Below, in pieces: positions 8,986 through 19,291 of a stretch of DNA of 64,000 nt. Numbering within the stretch: position 1 is the first letter of the stretch; each line of letters opens with the position of its first letter. Under the pieces are notes generated by a model. It did not search any database, was not told where the DNA came from, and saw only the letters and a program-made list of their open reading frames with translations. This DNA comes from an uncultured Spirochaetales bacterium (GTDB taxonomy: Bacteria; Spirochaetota; Spirochaetia; Sphaerochaetales; Sphaerochaetaceae): positions 30,822 through 94,821 of the forward strand of contig CACYEI010000030.1 in NCBI GenBank assembly GCA_902773355.1, in the 5' to 3' direction. The position numbers and the translations under genes are program-made.

Positions 8986-11079
8986 ATGTCCACAAACATT
9001 AATAACATAAGAAATATCACAATTGCTGGTCATAACGGCACGGGAAAAACATCATTAACCGAACAAATACTATTTTATACAGATAAAATTGCCAGAGCAG
9101 AACAACCTGAATCAGGTAAAACAACCAGTGATTTCACAGAAGAAGAAATAGCAAGAAAGATTTCTATCCATAGTGCATTAATATCATTGGAATGGAAAAA
9201 TAAATCTGTAAACTTTCTAGATACACCTGGAACTTCTGACTTCACTGGTGAAGTAATCAGTAGCTTCAGAAGTACAGAATGTGCATTAATGGTAATTGAC
9301 GCAAGAGATGGGGCTCAGATAGAGACTATTAAACTTTGGAGAAATCTTAATTCTAGAAATAAACCTAGGGCTGTTTTTTTAAACAAAATGGACAGAGATA
9401 GAGTTTCTTATGATGATACATTTAATCATTTAAAAGAAGAATTTAAGGTTTCATTTGTTCCAGTAACCATTCCTATGGGAAATGGTCCTGAATTCAAAGG
9501 CGTAATTGATTTAATTGAAAACAAAGCTTTTACATTCATACCAGGTCAAAAGGAAAAAATATCAGACATACCTGAACAGTATTCATCTGAAGTTGAAACA
9601 TATAGAAGCGTACTTGTAGAGGCTGCAGCTGAAGGTGCTGATGATTTGATGGAAAAATTCTTTGAAACTGGTGAATTGTCACCTGAAGAAATACATAGAG
9701 GAATTTGTGAAGGTTTGAAAAATAATGTATTAGTTCCAGTCTTTTGCGGTTCTACAATGAATGGCAGTGGAATTACACCTCTACTTGATTTTATTTCTGA
9801 AAATTTCCCATCACCTGCTTCATCCTCTGAAATAGTAATAAAAGAAGATGGGACAGAAGAGATAATAAAATTCAAGCCAGAAGGAATTGTATCTGCATTC
9901 TGTTTTAAAACAACAATTGACCAATTCTCTGGAAAGCTATCATTTTTAAAAGTAGTAACAGGTGTCATCAATGGAGATACAGATTTAATCAATACTGAAC
10001 TTGGAAAAAAGGAAAAACCTGGAAAAGTCTATAAAGCAATAGGAAAAAAATTAATAGAAACAGACTCTCTTTCTGCTGGAGAAATTGGTATCATTACCAA
10101 AAGTAGCATAACATACACAAATGCTACATTAGTAGGATCTCCGGATTGGAAATATAAATTCAAAGTTTTAAAACTTCCTAATCCAATTTATTCTTTAGCC
10201 ATATCTGCAGCAGATAAAAAATCTGAAGATAAAATGAATGAATCTCTTCATAAAATAACTGAGGAAGATTTAACATTTGTAGTAACCTACAATGAAGAAA
10301 CCAAGCAGTCCACAGTTTCAGGTATGGGTGAATTACACATAAATATGACTTTAGATAAAATTAAGGAAAAACAAAAAATACAAATTCTTACAAAACTTCC
10401 TAGAGTTGCCTATAGAGAAACCATAACAAAAAAATCAGGTATAGTAGAATACACACATAAAAAACAATCAGGGGGACATGGACAATACGGTAAAGTATTG
10501 ATAGAAATTCAACCTATAGAGCGTGGAACCTTCTACTCTTTTGAAAATATAGTTAAAGGTGGTTCAGTTTCCAAGGGATACGTACCAGGAATAGAAAAAG
10601 GATTGCATGATCAAATGGAAGAAGGTTTTCTAGCAGGCTATCCTATGGTAGATATTGGAGTTACATTAGTTGATGGTAAAGAACACCCTGTTGATTCTTC
10701 TGAAATGTCTTTTAGATTAGCAGCAAAAGGAGCCATGAAGGCTGCTATAGAAAAAGCTGGGCCTGTTCTCTTAGAGCCTTTTGCTAAACTTTCTGTTTTT
10801 ATTGACAGTAATAACTTAGGAGACATTCTTTCTGACCTATCATCTAAAAGAGGCAGAGTACTAGGACAGGAAGATTTAGGTGGTAACATGGTTCAAGTTA
10901 ATGCAGAAGTACCACAGGCTGAAATGTTAAATTACGCTATTGATTTAAAATCCATGACATCAGGTACTGGGTCATTTGAACTTGCATTTGACCATTATGA
11001 GACATTAACTGGGAAACTGGCAGAAGATGTAATTAAAGCTTCAAAAGCATTAGCAGAAGAAGAAAACAAGGACAAATAA
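8986..11079 (+). CDS. Elongation factor G paralogue, EFG-II type
   Basis: Start set at the ATG at 8986 (AGGAGGG RBS). All five EF-G domains are recognisable. G1 is GHNGTGKT, G3 is DTPGTSDF (no catalytic His) and G4 NKMD is retained. Confidence 0.85.
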   Translation: MSTNINNIRNITIAGHNGTGKTSLTEQILFYTDKIARAEQPESGKTTSDFTEEEIARKISIHSALISLEWKNKSVNFLDTPGTSDFTGEVISSFRSTECALMVIDARDGAQIETIKLWRNLNSRNKPRAVFLNKMDRDRVSYDDTFNHLKEEFKVSFVPVTIPMGNGPEFKGVIDLIENKAFTFIPGQKEKISDIPEQYSSEVETYRSVLVEAAAEGADDLMEKFFETGELSPEEIHRGICEGLKNNVLVPVFCGSTMNGSGITPLLDFISENFPSPASSSEIVIKEDGTEEIIKFKPEGIVSAFCFKTTIDQFSGKLSFLKVVTGVINGDTDLINTELGKKEKPGKVYKAIGKKLIETDSLSAGEIGIITKSSITYTNATLVGSPDWKYKFKVLKLPNPIYSLAISAADKKSEDKMNESLHKITEEDLTFVVTYNEETKQSTVSGMGELHINMTLDKIKEKQKIQILTKLPRVAYRETITKKSGIVEYTHKKQSGGHGQYGKVLIEIQPIERGTFYSFENIVKGGSVSKGYVPGIEKGLHDQMEEGFLAGYPMVDIGVTLVDGKEHPVDSSEMSFRLAAKGAMKAAIEKAGPVLLEPFAKLSVFIDSNNLGDILSDLSSKRGRVLGQEDLGGNMVQVNAEVPQAEMLNYAIDLKSMTSGTGSFELAFDHYETLTGKLAEDVIKASKALAEEENKDK

Positions 11080-12191
11080 TGAGAAAAAAATTTTTTATAA
11101 TTTCAGTTTTAATATGTTTATTTACTATAGGTGTTTTTGCTGAATCAATAAAAGAGAACCGAAATGGACTGGAAGTATTGAAAGGTAAAGTAACAGAAAT
11201 AGAAAAGTACGGACATGCACTATTAGATATTACCATAGAAAAAACATTTTACTTAGGTTATGAACTTGGAGATTCAGTTAATGTGGTTTTTGATAACGGA
11301 TATACTTTAACGGATATACCATTATTTGATGGATACTACGTAGATAGGGGAATGCCACTGCTCAGAGCATATCCAACACATAAAAATATTGCCGTATGTA
11401 TAAACTATGGAAAATTAAATGAGGAAGGAAATATTAATGTTAATGATAAAGTCACTATTTCCTTAAACCAAAAAGGTAAGTACTTGGCTGATGAACTTTT
11501 AAATTCGCTGGTTTATTCAAATGAAAGAAAAGATTATTCTTCGGACAGTGAATTTGCCAACTTTAGAGAGATAAAGATTGGTGCTATAAAAAAAGACAGA
11601 TTGTTCCGATCTGCAAGTCCTATAGATAATGCCAACAATAGAGCCAGTTATGCAAACAATCTTATGGCCAGTGTTATAATAAGAAGTGTTTTAAATTTGG
11701 CAGATACTGAAGAAGATGTAAAGCAGCACATAAACAACTCCTCTTTTGACAGTAATTATTATCTGAATCTTTTTGAATCAGGAAGCGTAATAACCTTAGG
11801 TCTTCCAATTGACTACTATTCAGATAGTTTTGGTGAAACACTGGTTTCAGGAATAAAGAAATTATCTGACATGCCAACTCCTTATTTGATTCATTGTACA
11901 GAAGGTAAAGACAGAGCAGGTTTTGCAAGTGCACTTTTAGAAGCGTTATCAGGTTGTACTGAAGATGAAATAATTACAGATTATATGGAATCATTTAAAA
12001 ACTACTATAAAATAACAAAAGAAAACAACCCAGAAAAATATAATGCAATTGTTGATAAGAATATTGTTCAAATGTTAAATGTAATTAAAGGAACCAATGC
12101 AACACTTGAAACTGGAGCTTATACATATTTGAAAAAATACGGAATGACTGATGATCAGATAATAAATCTGATATATAAACTAACATATTAA
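11079..12191 (+). CDS. Secreted protein with Y_phosphatase3-type (CX5R) phosphatase-like domain
   Basis: The ATG overlaps the EF-G paralogue stop (TAATG). Signal peptide ...IGVFA/ES. HCTEGKDRAGFASALLEAL active-site region closely similar to 7552..8733. Confidence 0.7.
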   Translation: MRKKFFIISVLICLFTIGVFAESIKENRNGLEVLKGKVTEIEKYGHALLDITIEKTFYLGYELGDSVNVVFDNGYTLTDIPLFDGYYVDRGMPLLRAYPTHKNIAVCINYGKLNEEGNINVNDKVTISLNQKGKYLADELLNSLVYSNERKDYSSDSEFANFREIKIGAIKKDRLFRSASPIDNANNRASYANNLMASVIIRSVLNLADTEEDVKQHINNSSFDSNYYLNLFESGSVITLGLPIDYYSDSFGETLVSGIKKLSDMPTPYLIHCTEGKDRAGFASALLEALSGCTEDEIITDYMESFKNYYKITKENNPEKYNAIVDKNIVQMLNVIKGTNATLETGAYTYLKKYGMTDDQIINLIYKLTY

Positions 12192-12213
12192 ATAAACAAT
12201 ATAATCAAAATTG

Positions 12214-12257
12214 AAAAAAATAGTGGCGATTATATTTCAATCGCCACTATTTTTTTC
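12214..12257. terminator. Bidirectional rho-independent terminator
   Basis: Perfect 11-bp stem ATAGTGGCGAT/ATCGCCACTAT (12220-12230 / 12240-12250) with a 9-nt loop, an A7 run before it and a T7 run after it, between convergent genes. Confidence 0.8.
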
Positions 12258-13023
12258 TAAAAGTGATCTCACTAATACATGACTCTTCTTTAGTTGTATT
12301 ATTAAACAAGATAAACCCCAAATGAAATTCATCTATTTTATAAACTTTAACAATAACTTCATTGGTATTATGAACTTCATGATTCCATGCAATATCAACA
12401 AATGAAGGACTATAGGATTTATAATAACTTTCAGGCAATGCATTTATAAACCAATCCAAGTAAACAATATTATTAATATGATTGTTAATATCCGTATCAT
12501 AATATGTTATTTGAGGAATATAAGAAGAAATCTCAGGTAAATTTTTAAAAAAAGATGAATTAATCTTAGGGTCTCTTTCTTTTAAACTTAAAATTTTATC
12601 ATCTTCTTTTAGAGTTGGAACTAAAGCATCTGATATTTCATTCATACGCTGTGGCATATGATTATCAATATTTAATACAGCCCAAACAGTTTTTGCAGAA
12701 AAAAGTTCATTATTCTTATCATCTAAAGCATAAACTATTCTTGGACCAAAAAACCCTGTAGATTTAGATATGCCTGTTGTTACATGAATTAATTCCTTCC
12801 ATGAAGCATATCTGTTTATAGTCATTGTAGTTCTTAGTACAACCCATGTTTTACCTATTTGATTTAATTCAGGAAGAGAAACATGCCTAAAAGCTGCATG
12901 AAGCCCCGCTGTTTCCTGCACTATCTGAAAATAAAAACGTAAAAAGGAATGATACGAGGCATCACAACAATATGTTGAAACATTATAATCTACATGAAAA
13001 AGATTATCTCTATCAAAATACAT
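12247..13023 (-). CDS. Acyl-ACP thioesterase
   Basis: 258 aa with double hot-dog layout. The N-terminal QETAGLHAA and WVVLRT segments are typical of the FatA/FatB-like family. Confidence 0.65.
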   Translation of the reverse strand: MYFDRDNLFHVDYNVSTYCCDASYHSFLRFYFQIVQETAGLHAAFRHVSLPELNQIGKTWVVLRTTMTINRYASWKELIHVTTGISKSTGFFGPRIVYALDDKNNELFSAKTVWAVLNIDNHMPQRMNEISDALVPTLKEDDKILSLKERDPKINSSFFKNLPEISSYIPQITYYDTDINNHINNIVYLDWFINALPESYYKSYSPSFVDIAWNHEVHNTNEVIVKVYKIDEFHLGFILFNNTTKEESCISEITFRKK

Positions 13024-13559
13024 CAGTAATTTTCTGAATTCACTTCAAAATAAGACTGTGGATGTTCACAAACAGGACATGATTCTGGAGCTTTTGTACC
13101 AACAATTATATGACCACAATTTCTGCACTTCCAAATCTTTACTTCTGATTTTTCAAATACTTTTTTAGTTTCAACATTATTTAATAACGCTAGGTATCTT
13201 TCTTCATGATGTTTTTCTATCTGTCCAACCATTCTAAATTTTGCAGCTAAAGCAGAAAAACCTTCTTTTTCAGCAGTTTTAGCAAAATCTTCATACATAT
13301 TTGTCCATTCAAAATTTTCTCCTTCCGCTGCTGCTTTCAAATTTTCTGCAGTACTGCCTATCCCTTCTAATTCCTTAAACCATAATTTTGCATGTTCTTT
13401 CTCATTTTCTGCTGTTTCCAAAAAAATAGCAGAAATTTGCTCAAAACCTTCCTTTTTAGCCTTAGATGCAAAATAAGTGTACTTATTTCTGGCCTGAGAT
13501 TCACCTGCAAATGCAGCTAATAAATTCTGTTCTGTTTTTGTTCCACTATACTTATTCAT
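13023..13559 (-). CDS. rbr: Rubrerythrin
   Basis: 178 aa with a ferritin-like N-terminal domain (E..H pairs) and a C-terminal rubredoxin CRNCGH...CPVCEHP. Confidence 0.9.
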   Translation of the reverse strand: MNKYSGTKTEQNLLAAFAGESQARNKYTYFASKAKKEGFEQISAIFLETAENEKEHAKLWFKELEGIGSTAENLKAAAEGENFEWTNMYEDFAKTAEKEGFSALAAKFRMVGQIEKHHEERYLALLNNVETKKVFEKSEVKIWKCRNCGHIIVGTKAPESCPVCEHPQSYFEVNSENY

Positions 13560-13573
13560 AATTCCTCCAATTA

Positions 13574-16018
13574 TTAAATAATCTCTATAACTTTATAATC
13601 CTGACCTTCAATTACATTTTTTAACTGTAGATCAGTTACATTTTCATTTACTGTAACATGTGCCTCTCCTGTTTTATATGACACTTCAGCATTAGACAGA
13701 CCTTTTATAGTTAATAAAGCTTCTCTAACTCTTTTTTCACAGTGTGCACATGACATACCTTCAATTTTTATTTTTTTATTCACAATAAACTCCTTAGGTC
13801 TATTATAGTCTTTATTATTAAAAATATGAACTAGATTTAATCTTAGAGCATTCATACACACGCAAAAACTGGACAAACTCATGGCCAATGCTCCATACAT
13901 AGGCTTTAATGTAAAACCAAATAAACCCATAGCCATAGGGATACAGATAATATTATATATAAATGCCCAAAATAAATTTTCATAAATATTTTTAATAGTG
14001 TATTTACTGAGCTTAATACTAGCAGGAAGAATATCTAGTGTATTTTTCATCAATACAATATCCGATGAATCAACAGCTATATCTGAACCAGAAGAAACAG
14101 ATATACCTACATTTGCAGCCATAAGAGCAGGTGAATCATTTATTCCATCTCCAACCATTGCTGTAACGTTTTTTTCTGATAATTTTTTAACAATTTCAGT
14201 TTTTCCATCTGGTAAAACTGAAGAAAACACTTCATCTATATTAGCTGATTTAGCTATAGCATTTGCTGTTTTTTCATTATCTCCTGTTAACATTACTACT
14301 CTAATTCCCATCTTTTTTAATTCTAATACAGAAGATCCAGCATCTGTTTTCAATTCATCCCTTATTCCAATAATACCAACTATATCATTATTTTTTGAAA
14401 ACACTAAAGGTGTCTTTCCTTCATCAGATAATCTAGAAACAAGTGAACTTGTTTCTTCATCAACATGTAACACAGACTCAATATACTTTAAGCTTCCACC
14501 TCTTAATATAGATTTGTCTTTCATCATTATACCTGATAAACCATTTCCTAAATGAACCTTAAAATCAGAAAGATCAGAAACTGTTTTATCTCCATAAAAA
14601 GCTAATATGGCATAAGAAATAGGATGTTCGCTCTTTTTTTCTAATGAAGAAGCATAAAACATCAGGTCATTTTTAGAATAACCTCCTAAAGGAATGATAT
14701 CTGTTACAGAAGGCTTGCCTATTGTTATTGTTCCTGTTTTATCTAATGCAATAGTCTTAATTTTCCCTGCTGTTTCTATAGATTGTGCATTTTTAAAAAG
14801 TATTCCATTTCTAGCTCCAAGCCCTGTACCTACCATAACAGCTAACGGTGTAGCCAAACCTAAAGCACAAGGGCAACTAATAATTAAAACAGTAATTGCT
14901 CTTTCCAAAGCATAGGATACTGTATAATCTAAAAACAAATATACAAGCATGGTAATAATGGATAAAAGCAAGATACATGGAACAAAATAAAATGATATTT
15001 TATCTGCAATTCTTGAAATTTTTGGTTTAGATACACTGGCATCTTCAACCATTTTTATTATTTTTGAAAACAATGTATCACTACCCGTTTTAGTTGCAAT
15101 ACATTTTAAATAACCGTTACAGTTAATACTAGAAGCATTAACGTTATCACCTTCTTTTTTTTCCACAGGTATGCTTTCTCCAGTTATAGATGATTCATCT
15201 AATGTAGAAAAGCCATCTATAACTATTCCATCAACTGGAACATAGTAACCTGGCTTTAGAATAAAAATATCATTTGGTTTTATTTCTTCTACTGAAACTT
15301 CAACTTCTTTATCATCTTTTACTATTATTCCCGTTTTAGGTGATAAACTAATCAGCTTATCTAATGCAGACTTGGTTTTCCCTTTGGATATAGCTTCCAA
15401 TAGTTTACCTAATGTAATAAGCGTAACTATTGTGCTTGAAGACTCAAAATAAACATCTATTACAAAAGGTTGATTCTGTAGATAGATAAGCAAAAACAAA
15501 ATATATAATGAATATATATATGAAATACCAGAGCCTAATGCTACTAATGTGTCCATATTTGGTGCAAAATGCATCAGTGCCTTAAACCCGTTAATAAAAA
15601 ACTTTCTATTGATAATTAAAATTACGGATGTAATAAGGAATTCCAAAAAAACCATACATACATAGTTTTCAAAAACAGTAGGAACAGGCCATTTTAACAT
15701 CATATGACCCATGGACATATACATTAAAACCAACAATAAACCTAAAGAGATAAAAAGTCTTTTTTTTAAAACATTGATCTCACTATCTTTAATTTTTTCT
15801 TCATTATTTTTTATGCCATTTTCTTTGGCTGAATACCCTGCGTTCTTTACTGCTGTAATTATTTTATCAGAACTTGCAGAACCTTTAGTAACCATAGTAT
15901 TTGTTAATAAATTTACACTGCAATATGATACACCTGAAACCTTTGAAACAGCTTTTTCTATTCTAGCACTGCAGGCAGCACAACTCATCCCTACAATATC
16001 AAACTTTTTTTCATCCAT
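13574..16018 (-). CDS. copA: Copper-translocating P1B-type ATPase with N- and C-terminal HMA domains
   Basis: [14 protein letters not shown] (N-terminal HMA), [29 protein letters not shown], and a second complete HMA ([11 protein letters not shown]) at the C-terminus. Confidence 0.92.
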   Translation of the reverse strand: MDEKKFDIVGMSCAACSARIEKAVSKVSGVSYCSVNLLTNTMVTKGSASSDKIITAVKNAGYSAKENGIKNNEEKIKDSEINVLKKRLFISLGLLLVLMYMSMGHMMLKWPVPTVFENYVCMVFLEFLITSVILIINRKFFINGFKALMHFAPNMDTLVALGSGISYIYSLYILFLLIYLQNQPFVIDVYFESSSTIVTLITLGKLLEAISKGKTKSALDKLISLSPKTGIIVKDDKEVEVSVEEIKPNDIFILKPGYYVPVDGIVIDGFSTLDESSITGESIPVEKKEGDNVNASSINCNGYLKCIATKTGSDTLFSKIIKMVEDASVSKPKISRIADKISFYFVPCILLLSIITMLVYLFLDYTVSYALERAITVLIISCPCALGLATPLAVMVGTGLGARNGILFKNAQSIETAGKIKTIALDKTGTITIGKPSVTDIIPLGGYSKNDLMFYASSLEKKSEHPISYAILAFYGDKTVSDLSDFKVHLGNGLSGIMMKDKSILRGGSLKYIESVLHVDEETSSLVSRLSDEGKTPLVFSKNNDIVGIIGIRDELKTDAGSSVLELKKMGIRVVMLTGDNEKTANAIAKSANIDEVFSSVLPDGKTEIVKKLSEKNVTAMVGDGINDSPALMAANVGISVSSGSDIAVDSSDIVLMKNTLDILPASIKLSKYTIKNIYENLFWAFIYNIICIPMAMGLFGFTLKPMYGALAMSLSSFCVCMNALRLNLVHIFNNKDYNRPKEFIVNKKIKIEGMSCAHCEKRVREALLTIKGLSNAEVSYKTGEAHVTVNENVTDLQLKNVIEGQDYKVIEII

Positions 16019-16030
16019 TTTTATTCCAAA

Positions 16031-16102
16031 TGACCATGACTGGGTTTGAACCAGTGACCCCTACCGTGTGAAGGTAATGCTCTCCCACTGAGCTACATGG
16101 CC
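16031..16102 (-). tRNA. tRNA-Val (anticodon CAC), no encoded CCA
   Basis: The minus strand folds as a cloverleaf: GGCCATG TA GCTC AGTGGGA GAGC A TTACC TTCACAC GGTAG GGGTC ACTGG TTCAAAC CCAGT CATGGTC A. The anticodon loop is TT-CAC-AC. Confidence 0.9.
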
Positions 16103-16107
16103 ATAAT

Positions 16108-16135
16108 AAGAAAAGACAGTGCAAAATGCACTGTC
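16108..16135 (-). terminator. Hairpin plus U-run after rpsU (terminator or partial terminator)
   Basis: 9-bp stem GACAGTGCA/TGCACTGTC with a 3-nt loop, followed on the minus strand by TTTTCTT. It abuts the tRNA 5' end. Confidence 0.6.
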
Positions 16136-16139
16136 TAAA

Positions 16140-16349
16140 TCAGTAAGATTTAGAGGAAAAACCTTTTTTATTTTTTTTCATTTGTTTTCTTGCAAGAGCT
16201 TTTTTCTTTCTATGCTCTATAGCAGAAGGCTTTTCAAAGTACTGTCTAAGTTTAAACTCTCTTATGGTACCTTCTTTCTCTACTAAACGCTTAAAACGCT
16301 TTATTGCTTTTTCCACAGATTCATTTTCTTCACATTTTATATATGCCAT
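16140..16349 (-). CDS. rpsU: 30S ribosomal protein S21
   Basis: Start set at the ATG at 16349 (GGAGGTGA RBS). MAYIKCEENESVEKAIKRFKR... and the basic C-terminus are typical of S21. Confidence 0.9.
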   Translation of the reverse strand: MAYIKCEENESVEKAIKRFKRLVEKEGTIREFKLRQYFEKPSAIEHRKKKALARKQMKKNKKGFSSKSY

Positions 16350-16415
16350 ACTTCTAATCACCTCCTCTGTCCGAAGACTCAAGAATAATTAATGATAATT
16401 CCATTAAATGGTATT

Positions 16416-19118
16416 TTAGTCAAGATTTATTGCTGCTTGAGCACAGGCTAATCTGGCTATAGGAACTCTGTATGGGGAACAGGAAACGTAGTTTAACCCT
16501 ACTTTCTGGCAAAAAGCTATAGTTTTAGGATCTCCACCATGCTCTCCACAAATACCAAGTCTGATATCTGGTTTAACTGAACGCCCAAGACCTACGGCCA
16601 TATTTAAAAGTTTGCCAACTCCTTCAACATCTATAGTGGCAAATGGATCATATTCATAGAACTGTTTATCTGAATCATTTACATAATGTCCTAAAAAGGA
16701 TCCTGCATCATCTCTTGAGAAACCACATGTCATCTGCGTTAAGTCATTTGTTCCAAAACTAAAGAACTCCGCTGTCTGTGCTATTTCATCTGCAGTAATT
16801 GCTGCTCTTGGAACCTCTATCATAGTACCTATTTCATAAGGTACTGCTACACCTTTTTCCTTGAATATTTGCTTAATTACACTTTCTGCATGTTCTTTAC
16901 AGAACTCAAACTCTTTATGATTACCAACTAATGGAATCATAATTTCTGGATAAACTTTTATTCCTAAATTTTGTACATTTATAGCTGCTTCAATTATAGC
17001 TCTAACCTGCATGGCAAGTATTTCTGGATAAATAATTGCAAGACGGCATCCTCTGAACCCAAGCATTGGATTAAATTCATGTAATGCTGAACATTTTTTA
17101 GATATCTCTTCTACACTTATACCAAGTTTTAAAGACATTTCATGTCTAGTTGTACTGTCATTTGGTAAAAATTCGTGCAGTGGTGGATCAAGAAGTCTTA
17201 TAGTAGCAGGAAGGCCTTTTAATTCTTTAAACATGGCCTCAAAATCATCTCTCTGCATAGGAAGTATTTCAGATAAAGCCTGCTCCCTTTCAATTCTATT
17301 ATTTGCCAAAATCATCTTTCTCATGCTGATTATTCTTTGACCACCAAAAAACATGTGCTCTGTTCTACATAATCCAATACCTTCAGCACCCAGCATTACT
17401 GCCATATGTGTATCTTGAGGAGTATCTGCATTAGTTCTTACTCCCATGGTTTTAATTTCATCTACATATGACATGAACTTTTTATAATTCTGAAACAACA
17501 TAGAAGATTTTTCTGGCATAGAGCCATTTAAAACCTGAACTATTTCAGAATCTTTGACATCTATTTTGTCTGCGTATACTTCACCTGTGAAACCGTCTAT
17601 TGAAATATAATCTCCTTCTTTAACCATAATTCCATTCACTTCAAAGCATTTCTTTCCCAGATTAACAACTATTTCACCAGCTCCTGAAACGCATGGACAT
17701 CCCATTCCTCTGGCAACTACAGCAGCATGACTGGTCATACCTCCTCTACAGGTGACTACTCCTTTAGATACAGCCATCCCTCCAATATCTTCAGGACTTG
17801 TTTCTGTTCGTACAAGAATAACATCTTTTCCTAATGCTGCCTGTGCTTCTGCTTCGTCTGCAGTAAAATATACCTGCCCACAAGCTCCACCAGGTGAAGC
17901 ATTCAAACCTTTAGTAACAGGTTTAAGTTTTTTTGCTTTTATATATGCATGATCTAAAACAGGTGCAAACAACTTATTAAATTCAGAAGCTGGAACCCTA
18001 GATATTGCTGTTTTTTTATCAATAAGCCCCTCTTCTACCATTTCTACCTGTGATCTTAACCATGAAAATATGGTACGTTTTCCACTTCTGGTCTGAAGCA
18101 TGAAAAGTTTACCTTCCTGTATGGTAAATTCCATATCTTGCATATCATGATAATGTTTTTCAAGTGTTTCTCTTATTCCACATAGTTGTTCGTAAACTTC
18201 AGGATTAACTTTACAAAGCGTTTCTATAGACTGTGGAGTTCTAATACCAGCCACAACATCTTCACCCTGTGCATTCATTAAATATTCACCATAAAAATGA
18301 TTATCTCCTGTAGCTGGATCCCTAGTAAATGCAACACCTGTTCCTGATGTTTCTCCCATATTACCAAAAACCATAGTCTGAACATTTACAGCAGTTCCTA
18401 AAAGGCCCCTGATATCATTCATTCTTCTGTATTTTATGGCTCTGTCGTTATTCCATGATCTAAAAACGGCATCTATAGCTTTAAATAACTGCTCTTCTGG
18501 ATCAGTAGGAAAATCTTCTCCTGTATGACGTTTATAAATTCTCTTATATCTTTTTACTAAATTCTGCAAATTTTCCGTTGTTAATTCATAATCCCATGTC
18601 AGATTTTCTTCATCTTTTACATCTTGAATAGCTTCCTCAAATTTTTCATGAGGAACTCCCATAACTACATCACCAAACATCTGTATGAATCTTCTGTAGC
18701 TATCCCATGCAAACCTTGGGTTTGACGTCTTTTTAGTCAATGCCTCTACTGTATCTGGATTTAATCCTAAATTTAAAACCGTATCCATCATTCCAGGCAT
18801 AGACTGAGCTGCCCCTGAACGTACAGAAACTAAAAGTGGATTCTTTGCATCTCCAAATTTTGCAGACATGGTTTTTTCCAGTCTTTTCAAATTTAGTAAA
18901 ACCTCATCTTTCAAACCCGCAGGATATTTACCTTCATGCGTAGAAAAATAATCACATGCTTCTGTACTAATTGTAAAACCTGGCGGAACTGGTAAACCTA
19001 TTCCTGTCATTTCAGCTAAGTTAGCACCTTTCCCACCTAATATATCTTTCATGGAAGCAGTTCCCTCAGCACTACCATTTCCAAAAAAATAAACCCATTT
19101 CTTTAACTGTTTAGCCAT
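16416..19118 (-). CDS. ppdK: Pyruvate, phosphate dikinase
   Basis: 900 aa with GGKGANLAEM, GGMTSHAAVVARG (phospho-His loop) and a C-terminal PEP-utilising TIM barrel (GTNDLTQ, LGICGE). Confidence 0.95.
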   Translation of the reverse strand: MAKQLKKWVYFFGNGSAEGTASMKDILGGKGANLAEMTGIGLPVPPGFTISTEACDYFSTHEGKYPAGLKDEVLLNLKRLEKTMSAKFGDAKNPLLVSVRSGAAQSMPGMMDTVLNLGLNPDTVEALTKKTSNPRFAWDSYRRFIQMFGDVVMGVPHEKFEEAIQDVKDEENLTWDYELTTENLQNLVKRYKRIYKRHTGEDFPTDPEEQLFKAIDAVFRSWNNDRAIKYRRMNDIRGLLGTAVNVQTMVFGNMGETSGTGVAFTRDPATGDNHFYGEYLMNAQGEDVVAGIRTPQSIETLCKVNPEVYEQLCGIRETLEKHYHDMQDMEFTIQEGKLFMLQTRSGKRTIFSWLRSQVEMVEEGLIDKKTAISRVPASEFNKLFAPVLDHAYIKAKKLKPVTKGLNASPGGACGQVYFTADEAEAQAALGKDVILVRTETSPEDIGGMAVSKGVVTCRGGMTSHAAVVARGMGCPCVSGAGEIVVNLGKKCFEVNGIMVKEGDYISIDGFTGEVYADKIDVKDSEIVQVLNGSMPEKSSMLFQNYKKFMSYVDEIKTMGVRTNADTPQDTHMAVMLGAEGIGLCRTEHMFFGGQRIISMRKMILANNRIEREQALSEILPMQRDDFEAMFKELKGLPATIRLLDPPLHEFLPNDSTTRHEMSLKLGISVEEISKKCSALHEFNPMLGFRGCRLAIIYPEILAMQVRAIIEAAINVQNLGIKVYPEIMIPLVGNHKEFEFCKEHAESVIKQIFKEKGVAVPYEIGTMIEVPRAAITADEIAQTAEFFSFGTNDLTQMTCGFSRDDAGSFLGHYVNDSDKQFYEYDPFATIDVEGVGKLLNMAVGLGRSVKPDIRLGICGEHGGDPKTIAFCQKVGLNYVSCSPYRVPIARLACAQAAINLD

Positions 19119-19291
19119 TTTTTTCTATTTCCTTAAAATATCAAGATTTCAAAATTCGTTCATATGTTCTTTATAGAGTATTGTTTATAAATGTTGAATT
19201 TATGTCAATTAAAACATCATGCCATGGTTTACTAAAAAAAACTAATTTGTATAATTTTATTACCAATTTTGTAATTTTAAGGGGGTGTATC

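Noticed and set aside
9546-9992. 148-aa minus-strand ORF inside the EF-G paralogue
   Set aside because: It is antisense to a conserved GTPase gene, with no RBS or motif. It is a shadow ORF.
13998-14555. 185-aa plus-strand ORF inside copA
   Set aside because: It is antisense to a clearly conserved P-type ATPase. The composition is low-complexity (S/I/F/P), there is no RBS, and it is a typical shadow ORF of an AT-rich gene.
15711-16049. 112-aa plus-strand ORF spanning the copA start and the tRNA
   Set aside because: It overlaps a well-folded tRNA-Val and the antisense strand of copA, so it is not credible as coding.
19119-19291. Possible M-box (Mg2+) riboswitch upstream of mgtE
   Set aside because: The intergenic region is almost pure A/T, with none of the GC-rich conserved helices of the M-box, and it is too short for it.
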